This document shows, piece after piece, positions 26,601 to 39,560 of a DNA stretch of 64,000 nucleotides (position 1 is the stretch's first letter; every line of letters starts with the position of its first letter). The position numbers and the translations under genes are program-made. The DNA is from Eledone cirrhosa (lineage: Eukaryota), in the NCBI GenBank assembly GCA_964016885.1, contig OZ024756.1:34100001-34164000 (forward strand), written 5' to 3'. The notes beneath the pieces are model-generated. The model saw only the letters and a list, made by a program, of their open reading frames with translations. It was not told where the DNA came from and did no database searches.

Positions 26601-28677
26601 CACATACACACACACATACATATATATATATATACTGATGTAAATATTCATGACAGCCCATTGCTATTTCATACAGTTTTAGTTTAGTATTATTATTATT
26701 ATTAGGCCAAGGTAACTGCCTGTCATCCTGATGTGGTGGATAAAATAAAGTACCAGTAATGCACTGGGGTAATTGCTGGCCTTGAGCCAAAAGTAGAAAC
26801 AATTATTATTAGAAGTAGTAGTAACATTAATAGTGTTGGGTGTTGGATTGACAATCATTAGAGTGTAGACCAAATACCTAGCAGTATTTGTTACACCTTT
26901 ACGTTCTGAGTTGAAATCCCGATAAAATAGCCTCTCACACTCCAAGATGAGAAATCTACCAAGGTCAACTTTGCCTTTCATCCTTACAAGGTCAATAAAA
27001 TAAAGAAACCCCCCTCCCCCCCTAAAATCAGAAACCATTATTAGTAGTGGTAGTAATAGTTTAGAAGTAAAAGTAGTAGTAGTAATAATGGTTTCTGATT
27101 TAGGCACAAGGCCAACAATTTTGAGGGGAAAGGAGTATCGATTAAATCAACCCATGTGTTACTGATACTTTATTTTATCGAACCTGTAAGGATGAAAGGC
27201 AAAGGAAACGGTGGGATTTGAACTCAGACTGTAAAGGGACGTAACTCCATGCTGGAAAGCTTGGCATCCGGCCCCCCCACCGATACTGCCAATCCACCGC
27301 CATTATAATCGTTTCTACTTTTGGCACAAGGCCAGCAATTATCCCAGTGCATTACTGGTACTTTATTTTATCGATCCTGTAAGGATGAGAGTTAGTTTAG
27401 TAGAAGAAATAATAGTTTAGTAGTAGAAATAAGTTTAATAGCAGAAATAGTATTTAAAAAATAAAACCAGTAATTAAACAAAAACAAAAGAAAAGCCTGC
27501 AGAGGCTGAAGTTAGTAAAGAAATATTGTGAGAAAGGGGACAAGGTTAACCTTGGTGAGATTTGAACACAGGATTTGCATACAGGACTATGCCACAAAGC
27601 ATAGTGCCCGACACTACCAATTCTGCCAATCCATTGCCAATAGTAGTTTAGTAGTAATAGTAGAAATAGTATTTTAATACGATTAGTAATTCATCAAAAA
27701 AAGACCTTCAGGGGCTGAAGTTAGTAAAAGATTATGAGAAAGAGTGGGAGGAGGGTGGAATAACTATTAGGTGTTATTGAACAAATATTCTTGCTAAGCA
27801 CTATTAATAATGCAAATATATTCAGTTATATTTGGCTGTCATCCCCACCACCTGGCCAATTGCAATGAAGCACACAAGTTAATTTCTTTCCATGACCAAC
27901 CTGTCTTGTCAGGTAAGTTAACTTTCTCTTCGGTCTCAGTATGATGAAGGTTTGTCTTGTCAAAGCTACTGATGGAGCTACGCAACTCCTGCTCACTTTT
28001 CTCTTGAACAATATCTAGAAAAATAATAATCCTTTCTTTATAAATAATGTTTTTTTTTTATTAACCACAAAGGGTTTACAATAAAGCACATTAAGTGGAA
28101 AGAAAAAAAAAATTTACAGCTCATACTTATGAAGATTTTCAGCAGGCCTCCTTCACATACAAGGTTGTATCTCATAGGTTTCTTAAATGTTTTAACCCTT
28201 TAGCATTTACATACTCTTTATATACTATTGTATTTTCACAGTAAAGCCTTTACTTCACAAATATCTCACAATATCAAATCTATGAGATTGATATTTATTT
28301 TGAAAACAATACCTTAACATTGGTATGAAGCTGGTTTGAGCAGAAAGAGGTGAGATAATTCTGGCCGGATATGGCCGGTTTAAATGCTAAAGGGTTAAGA
28401 GGTAAAGTCTTGTGTATGGTAGCTCACAATATAAAATTTTAGCTGGCTTTCTACAATGTTGCATCACAAGTTTCTTGGATGTTTAAATAAGAGGAAGAGT
28501 ATCATTGTGTGATCATATATGTATATATCCAAAAGGGCTGACTATGGTTCTATTTTATTTTTTATTTCTAACTATCTTCTGAAGGACTAGTGTCTGAAAT
28601 CTTAAGACTTTTCCTTCTATTTCAAGCGTTTAATATATTTGTTCAACATACTGTGTCATTTGCTTTGTTGTTTCTCA

Positions 28678-28721
<44 letters not shown>

Positions 28722-28937
28722 AATGTAGGTTTAGCTGGCCAGGAACAAGGCTGCATCTTTCCTTAGAAATATGGTCATGAAAGAATTAAGAAAGGAGAGA
28801 AAATATTTAGTTTTACCAGTTTTTGTTGGAAGAGCTTTCTTCTCTATAACATCTATATGCTGCAAATTGTCCTTCTTGGTACTTTTGATTTCATTTAAAA
28901 ATGGTCTTTCGGTGGGAGTGGTAGTAGAGGTAGACAT
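14243..28937 (-). CDS. Multi-repeat (6x) beta-thymosin / WH2 actin-binding protein, 239 aa, 7 coding exons (ciboulot/tetrathymosin/Csp24-like)
   Basis: Spliced by hand: 121+5x114+29=720 nt, ATG to TAA, all introns GT..AG phase 1. Protein: [239 protein letters not shown]. The repeats match the beta-thymosin consensus IxxFDKxxLK(K/H)xETxEKxxLPxxxxIxQEK. Confidence 0.93.
14332..16735. repeat. 2.4-kb compound satellite (GTAA)1-2 G(TA)n in the last thymosin intron
   Basis: Units such as tatatatGTAAGTAAG with variable TA number. Confidence 0.97.
17232..17358 (-). mobile_element. SINE family B
   Basis: ggaacaatgtgaaataaagcgtcttgctcaagtacacaa..actcaaactcacaac..ctttaacca. Confidence 0.65.
17417..17530 (-). 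CDS. Beta-thymosin coding exon 6 (114 nt)
   Basis: tttcAG acceptor, G|GTGAGT donor; [38 protein letters not shown]. Confidence 0.92.
17563..17675. mobile_element. piggyBac-type MITE, partial, opposite orientation
   Basis: TTAA-CCCATTAGCATGTAAACTGGCCATAT... aligns by eye with the reverse complement of 18243-18358. Confidence 0.7.
17824..17937 (-). CDS. Beta-thymosin coding exon 5 (114 nt)
   Basis: aatttAG acceptor, A|GTAAGT donor; [38 protein letters not shown] (absent from the ORF track). Confidence 0.92.
18160..18358. mobile_element. piggyBac-type MITE (same family as 28196)
   Basis: TTAA-CCCTTTAGCATTTA ... TAAATGCTAAAAGG-TTCA; internal homology to 28196-28394. Confidence 0.8.
18830..19790 (+). 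mobile_element. Decayed RTE-clade LINE fragment (RT C-terminal region)
   Basis: Residual peptides [24 protein letters not shown] (PHD-like) and [12 protein letters not shown]; many stops and frameshifts. Confidence 0.65.
20224..20337 (-). CDS. Beta-thymosin coding exon 4 (114 nt, duplicate of exon 2/3)
   Basis: Same splice sites; [38 protein letters not shown]. Confidence 0.87.
20462..20670 (+). mobile_element. SINE family B, private to duplication unit 1
   Basis: B box GTTCGATTCC plus CORE-like block; absent at the paralogous position ~24200; close relatives at 3290-3425 (+) and 44845-45045 (-). Confidence 0.8.
20813..21001 (-). mobile_element. SINE family A with 6-bp TSD (AGTAAC), private to duplication unit 1
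   Basis: AGTAAC at 20807-20812 and 21002-21007; single AGTAAC at the empty site ~24348. Confidence 0.85.
21735..22060 (+). mobile_element. CR1/L2-clade LINE 3' end
   Basis: [22 protein letters not shown] matches the CR1 ORF2 C-terminal motif; ends in (TTA)n. Confidence 0.75.
22470..23440 (+). mobile_element. Decayed RTE LINE fragment (duplicate copy)
   Basis: Paralog of 18830-19790; [10 protein letters not shown]. Confidence 0.65.
23505..23700 (-). mobile_element. SINE family A (internally deleted paralog at 19855-19970)
   Basis: ggcacaagaccagcaattt..cgacccc agtgcattactggtactt..ggatgaaagg..gatttgaac. Confidence 0.8.
23967..24080 (-). CDS. Beta-thymosin coding exon 3 (114 nt, duplicate of exon 2/4)
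   Basis: Same splice sites as exons 2 and 4; [38 protein letters not shown]. Confidence 0.85.
25075..25405 (+). mobile_element. CR1/L2-clade LINE 3' end (duplicate copy)
   Basis: [37 protein letters not shown]. Confidence 0.75.
25810..26590 (+). mobile_element. Decayed RTE LINE fragment (third copy) with 3' tail motif
   Basis: [12 protein letters not shown]; ends with ctggatgccctttctaatgccaaccac. Confidence 0.6.
26700..27390. mobile_element. Cluster of SINE family A copies/fragments in both orientations
   Basis: Plus-strand fragments at 26700-26800 and 26900-27005; minus-strand copies at 27090-27300 and 27305-27390. Confidence 0.75.
27901..28014 (-). CDS. Beta-thymosin coding exon 2 (114 nt)
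   Basis: tttctAG acceptor, G|GTTGGT donor; [38 protein letters not shown]. Confidence 0.88.
28196..28394. mobile_element. piggyBac-type MITE
   Basis: Perfect 14-bp TIR CCCTTTAGCATTTA / TAAATGCTAAAGGG with TTAA on both sides; empty TTAA sites in the paralogous units at 21241 and 24563. Confidence 0.85.
28817..28937 (-). CDS. Beta-thymosin coding exon 1 (start codon, divergent repeat 1)
   Basis: Acceptor ttttcAG with exon start at 28951, ATG at 28937, donor G|GTAAAA at 28816; encodes [40 protein letters not shown]. Confidence 0.85.
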
Positions 28938-29839
28938 CTTGGAATTTAAACCTGAAAAGTTACAAAATTAAAATTCAAAATAATTTCTTTGTTTAAGAGG
29001 TTTTGTTATTTTTAAAATAATTAACATTTTAACCTAACTTTTTAATACCTAACCTCTGGAAACTTTTGAGATTATGGAAAGCCTTGTGACATCAGGTGAC
29101 GATCTGGTGACTAACTGGGTTTAGCAATACAAGAAAGGAAACACGTTTCACAAAGAAACCTTATCTAAAGTACCACACCTAATCCTGCAAGCCTCTGCTA
29201 AAAATAACTCAAATCTCCCTCAAATCACAGCAGTCCAGGAATCAAACCCACTACACCACTAGTGAAAGTATTACCTATAATTTAAATATTTAAATGATTT
29301 TTTTTTTAATATACTCATACATACACACACACACACAAGTGCTCATATACACACACACACACACACGCACGTTTTGAATAGCTAAACTAAGAAAATTATT
29401 TAACTAAAAAAAATTTTTTGAATTAAAATATCTTTAACAGAAATAACTAGACTCGCTAGCGAGTTATCTTATAGGATGTTAGTTTAAAATTACATGGAAG
29501 AATCTAGAATATATTGGGTGAGATGCCAAAATTGTCTGATGTAAAGAGAAGGATGAAAACAAATTCCATTTACAAACTTCTCAACAGTTCTTGTCTGATT
29601 AGACTTCTACCAACACCACCATCCCCATCAATACCGTTAACACCCCCACTACCAATACTATCAATACTACCAAAACCCTCACTACCGCCACCAACACCAT
29701 CAATACCCCCCCCACTACCATCCACCACCACTACCCTCACCACTACTACCAAAATTACACAAAACCCGATACTATCATAAGAGGATTGTTTCATTTTAAT
29801 TTCTCCAAAAATTGTATATTTACACCTTTTCTATTGTGA

Positions 29840-30250
29840 GAGATATATAGAGAATGATAGAGAGAGATATATAGAGAATGATAGAGAGAGATATAGAGAA
29901 TGATAGAGAGAGATATATAGAGAATGATAGAGAGAGATATATAGAGAATGATAGAGAGAGATATATAGAGAATGATAGAGAGAGATATATAGAGAATGAT
30001 AGAGAGAGATATATAGAGAATGATAGAGAGAGATATATAGAGAATGATAGAGAGATATATAGAGAATGATAGAGAGAGAGATATAGAGAATGATAGAGAG
30101 AGAGATATAGCGATGGGGGAGGGAAAGGGGGGGGGGAGAGGAGGGAGAGGAAGGCGAGAGGGAGAGAGGGAGAGAGGCGGGAGAGACGGAGAGAGGCGGG
30201 AGAGACGGAGAGAGGCGGGAGAGACGGAGAGAGGCGGGAGAGACGGAAAG
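29840..30250. repeat. 24-bp (atagagaatgatagagagagatat) and 19-bp purine minisatellites
   Basis: Direct inspection. Confidence 0.9.
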
Positions 30251-30492
30251 AGAGAAAGAGAAGTGTTATGCTGCAACTTGTGTGATATGTGTAGTGTTGC
30301 CATGACACACCCACACACACACACACAAAGGGTGTGGCCCATAAATGTTTGATGGTGTTAGTAAAACAAAGCCGAAATGTTTTACAGTAATTAGAGTTCA
30401 AATCTCACCGTGAGAAGGAAAATGGGTCAATATTACCCCATACATACCAGTCACCTCTCTCCACATCACACATACATATACACACATATACA

Positions 30493-30570
30493 TAGGGTGT
30501 CCCAAATCATTGTATACACATTTCTTAATGCTGTTGAAGTGTTTATACATTTTGGGGAGGACACCCTGCG
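30493..30570. mobile_element. Tc1-type mini-MITE
   Basis: AGGGTGTCC..TGTATACACA / TGTTTATACA..GGACACCCTG inverted termini next to TA. Confidence 0.55.
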
Positions 30571-34647
<4,077 letters not shown>

Positions 34648-34949
34648 ACAAATGGAAACTATATTTATAAAACCATATTTATTTTATTATACATATTTCA
34701 AGGGCCAAGTCAAATTATGGTGCGCTTTCATCAGATAAAATACAATACGCGCGCGTGCGTGTCAGCTCGTTCATTCCATCCGTCCAAAACGTTGAACCCT
34801 CCGAAAAAAAAAGGTTGAATAAACTCCAACCTGGAATGGTTTCGGTAAGAATATCTGACCATAATGTCATAGCTGACCTGGGGTTAAAACAGCTGCAGCC
34901 AACTCGAGTGATCTCAACTACAATAAAGTATTGAAGGGTGGCAGAGGCA

Positions 34950-35960
34950 GAAGAGATCAGAGAGGGAAGGAGAGATCAGAGAGAGTGGTACGAGAAGATG
35001 GGATCAGAGAGGGAAGGAGAGATCAGAGAGAGTGGTGCGAGAAGATGGGATCAGAGAGGGAAGGAGAGATCAGAGAGAGTGGTACGAGAAGATGGGATCA
35101 GAGAGGGAAGGAGAGATCAGAGAGAGTGGTGCGAGAAGGAGAGATCAGAGAGAGTGGTGCGAGAAGGAGAGATCAGAGAGCGATGGAGAGATCAGAGAGC
35201 GATGGAGAGATCAGAGAGCGATGGAGAGATCAGAGAGCGATGGAGAGATCAGAGAGCGATGGAGAGATCAGAGAGCGATGGAGAGATCAGAGAGCGATGG
35301 AGAGATCAGAGAGCGATGGAGAGATCAGAGAGCGATGGAGAGATCAGAGAGCGATGGAGAGATCAGAGAGCGATGGAGAGATCAGAGAGCGATGGAGAGA
35401 TCAGAGAGCGATGGAGAGATCAGAGAGCGATGCAGAGATCAGAGAGCGATGCAGAGATCAGAGAGCGATGGAGAGATCAGAGAGCGATGGAGAGATCAGA
35501 GAGCGATGCAGAGATCAGAGAGCGATGCAGAGATCAGAGAGGGAAGGAGAGATCAGAGAGAGTGGTGCGGGAAGGAGAGATCTGAGAGCGATGGAGTGAT
35601 CAGAGAGGGATGGAAAGATCAGAGCGATGGAGGCAAGTGGAAGAAGATCAGAGAGGTAGTGGTGGGAGAAGAAGAGATCAGCAAGGTAGTGGTGGGAGAA
35701 GAAGAGATGAGAGAGGTAGTGGTGGGAGAAGAAGAGATGAGAGAGGTAGTGGTGGGAGAAGAAGAGATGAGAGAGGTAGTGGTGGGAGAAGAAGAGATGA
35801 GAGGGGTAGTGGTGGGAGAAGAAGAGATGAGAGAGGTAGTGGTGGGAGAAGAAAAGAAAAGATGAGGTAGTGGTGGGAGAAGAAAAGAAAAGATGAGAGA
35901 GGTAGTGGTGGGAGAAGAAAAGATGAGAGAGGTAGTGGTGGGAGAAGAGGAGATCAGAGG
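34950..35960. repeat. 19-bp (gagatcagagagcgatgga) and 30-bp (gagaggtagtggtgggagaagaagagatga) minisatellites
   Basis: Direct inspection. Confidence 0.95.
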
Positions 35961-36201
35961 GAAAGAGCGATTAGAGAGGGGATAGGCAAGGGAGACGATC
36001 AGAGAAAGTAGGAAGGATAACATCTATATTCAACGTCTTTGTTCATTCTTTGCTTCTCCAAAGATTCTAGCAGTATTCTCACCAGGTTTTCACGAACACG
36101 AGTGGGTGTATATATACACACACGTGTGTATATATACATGTCATTTAACGTTTGTTTTCCCTGCTAGCAAGGCTTGGACACGTATATCACATACATGTAT
36201 G

Positions 36202-36258
<57 letters not shown>

Positions 36259-37728
36259 GTGTGTATGTGTGTGTGTATATATATAGTATGTGCGCGCGCG
36301 CGCGTGCGTGCGTGCGTATATATATACACCAGACCCCACGTTTACATACACATACAACGTGCATGCACTATATATTTATATAGACATATATATATGTATA
36401 TATACGTATGTGTATGCAAAAGGTAAACCGTAATAAAGTAAACGACAGTACAATGAAGAAATATATTAGTTTAACACTTGTACATGTGTGTGAGTGTGTA
36501 CATACATATACATCACGTGGTGATAGATGTGTAATGAATAGTAGTGTACAAGCGCATCTACATCTACGTAATCGCATAGATTGCAAGAAATAGCAGCTAA
36601 CCATCAAACCACACCCTAACGCTTTAAAGAAAATAAGGACATGGGGGTCACAGCTTGCTAGAAATAGCAGCTAGTAAGATCTTCAAACCACACCCTAAAA
36701 TTTTAAACATCGAAGGGACACGTTGGGTCGAACAACATGCTAGAAATAAAACATGCTGGTTAACGTAATCCTCCATACAATATCTGTAGAGAATGGTTCG
36801 ACTCGAAAGTACGTTTTGATCATAGATAGATATGTCTATCTGCTTGATAACATATCTACTTGACCTGGTGCTAAACAGTAGCCCAGTGTACATGTTTTGA
36901 GAACACACACATACTACTATGTACACCTCACTCGCACAGGCACACGTAAATAATACTATATACATCATATAAACTAAACTTTACTTTCAGTCAAGGAACT
37001 TGGAGTCTAATTAAATACATGGCTAATAGTGTAGACCTGTGCGTGCGTGCGTGTGTATACACACACATATATATATATAGATATATGTGTGTATACACAC
37101 ATATATATATATATAGATATATAGATATATATACACAGATATATATACACACACACAATCAATCAATATATATATACATACATACATACACACACAATAC
37201 ATACATACATATATACACACACACACAATCAATACATACACATACCTATATACAAACACATACACACGTAAATACATATATATACTAATTCAGTGTAGGA
37301 GTGTGTTGTGCAGTCAGCAGTGAGTCACAACACACTACTGTCTGGCTTTTAAGTTTGTGGACTTCGAAACTCGCCTGGCAAAGAAAGAAGTTGAATTTTA
37401 TTCTCCTTAGTGCAACGATAAACGTTGACACAGAAATATGTTAAGTTCAGTTTGTGTGTTTTTCAATGGTTAAAATGACTTTCACACAGTAATTGCTTTA
37501 GTTTCAACACACTAGCGAATGTGTGAGTGCGTGCGTTTGTATTGGACCTCCGTCGGTTCCGAAGACAAGTGTTCCAGCTGTTTGAACAATGGAACTGGCA
37601 ATTGGCTGATCATTCCACCCACAGACACGTGTATCCTTCACGTAGTTCTCAGGAAGATTCAGTGCGAGAACATTGTATGACAAGGCTGACAATTTGAATT
37701 ACGCGCCTTCACTAGAAAATTTCATAAT

Positions 37729-38000
37729 ATAGAGGAACCTTGGTTCACGAACTTAATTCGTTATTGAAGGCTGTTCGTCACCTAAATGTTCGTAAACAAA
37801 CTATTTTTCCCATACGAAATGAGAGATAAATACAGTGAGAGAGAGACTGTGGAAGACATTACCATAGCATCTAACTACATAGTGACATTTTCCCGTCGAT
37901 ACTACAAAGTTTGCTACCAACTGTTTTTGCCGGCTTGCGTGTTCGTTGCTCAAGGCACCATTCGTAAACCGATTTGTTCGTGATGAGGTGTCGGAACTGT
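37729..38000. mobile_element. pogo/Tigger-like MITE (copy 2)
   Basis: Colinear with 10509-10807 (gaaggcYgttcgtcacc..aaatgtt..catacgaaatg..accatag.a.ctaactac). Confidence 0.55.
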
Positions 38001-38158
38001 TTTTGCTAAACTGATTTCCTGTGCTTCAATTTCAGATCAAGTCGTTCTTGCAGAGTTTTTATACAAGCAGATGTTTAGCTCTAGGTCAACCTTGATGGAT
38101 CAGGCTTATGATCAAAAGTATTTTAGTTTTTAATATAGTGTGTGGTGAGGCATGAATT

Positions 38159-38533
38159 TGAACACACCAAACTTGGGTAGATGGTAGATATGTACCAGGG
38201 TAGGGTAGGATATGATAAATCCGCGGGTATTGAACACACCAAACTTGGGCAGATGGTAGATATGTACTAGGGTAGGGTAGGATATGATAAATCCGCGGGT
38301 ATTGAACACAGCAAACTTGGGCAGATGGTAGATATGTACTAGGGTAGGGTAGGATATGATAAATCCGCGGGTATTGAACACACCAAACTTGGGTAGATGG
38401 TAGATATGTACCAGGGTAGGGTAGGATAAATCCGCGGGTATTGAACACAGCAAACTTGGGCAGATGGTAGATATGTACTAGGGTAGGGTACTGTAGGATA
38501 AATCCGCGGGTATTGAACACAGCAAACTTGGGT
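38159..38533. repeat. 72-bp minisatellite, ~5 copies
   Basis: tgaacac starts at 38159, 38231, 38303, 38375, 38442, 38514. Confidence 0.95.
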
Positions 38534-38789
38534 ATATAAATAATTGCTTTATCTTGCTTTCAATCTAAATAAGAGAGGAGGGATGAGAGAAAGACTACCG
38601 TGGATACCCAGCATGGAATGTGTAAAAGGATAGGTAGAATTAATGAAGAGTTTAGCAGTGGCGAGAGGGTGATGAATGATTAGGTTGGGTGGGTAGGGGT
38701 GTCGGCCGGTGGAGATATCGAGTGTTAAAAGTATTTAACCGGGACATTACAGTTCAAACATTGTTTCCATATAAGTTGTTGAATGAATG

Positions 38790-39560
38790 AATGTTGGTGG
38801 TGTATGTGTGTGTGGTGGTGTATGTGGTGGTGTATGTGTATGTGGTGGTGTATGTGGTGGTGTATGTGTATGTGGTGGTGTATGTGTGTGTGGTGGTGTA
38901 TGTGTGTGTGTGTGGTGGTGTATGTGCGTGTAGTATCGGTGGTGTCTTGATGTATTTGTGTGGCGGCGGTGGTGATGTGATGTATATGTGTGGTGGCGGT
39001 GGTGTGTTGATGTATATGTGTGGTGGCGGTGGTGTGTTGATGTATATGTGTGGCGGCGGCGGTGGTGGTGTGTTGATGTATATGTGTGGCGGCGGCGGTG
39101 GTGGTGTGTTGATGTATATGTGTGGCGGCGGCGGTGGTGTGTTGATGTATACGTGTGGCGGCGGCGGTGGTGTGTTGATGTATATGTGTGGCGGCGGCGG
39201 TGGTGGTGTGTTGATGTATATGTGTGGCGGCGGCGGTGGTGGTGTGTTGATGTATATGTGTGACGGCGGCGGTGGTGGTGTGTTGATGTATGGTGTGTTG
39301 ATGTATATGTGTGGCGGCGGCGGTGGTGGTGTGTTGATGTATATGTGTGGCGGCGGCGGTGGTGGTGTGTTGATGTATATGTGTGGCGGCGGCGGTGGTG
39401 TGTTGATGTATATGTGTGGCGGCGGCGGTGGTGGTGTGGTGATGTGATGTGTGGTGGCAGTGGTGTGTTGATGTATATGTGTATGTGTGGTGGCAGTGGT
39501 GTGTTGATGTGATGTGTATATATGTGGTGGCGGTGGTGTGTTGATGTGTATGTGCGTGTG
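38790..39560. repeat. GT/GGC-rich ~30-33-bp minisatellite
   Basis: gtgttgatgtatatgtgt(ggc)n(ggt)n units. Confidence 0.95.

Larger units (their letters stand above)
18770..28190. repeat. Tandem segmental triplication (units start ~18770, ~22415, ~25755), each carrying one thymosin exon
   Basis: Near-identical blocks starting caacccatgtaaaaatggcagggtatttc at ~18795, ~22437 and ~25778; exon spacing 3743 and 3934 bp; copies differ by SNPs and private SINE/MITE insertions. Confidence 0.95.

Noticed and set aside
29570-29794. Gly-rich ORF as an upstream coding exon of the thymosin gene
   Set aside because: Low-complexity (CCA)n-derived; its candidate donor is phase 2, incompatible with the phase-1 frame into 28951.
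34931-35865. Charged R/E/D-rich ORFs in three frames
   Set aside because: Product of 19- and 30-bp purine minisatellites.
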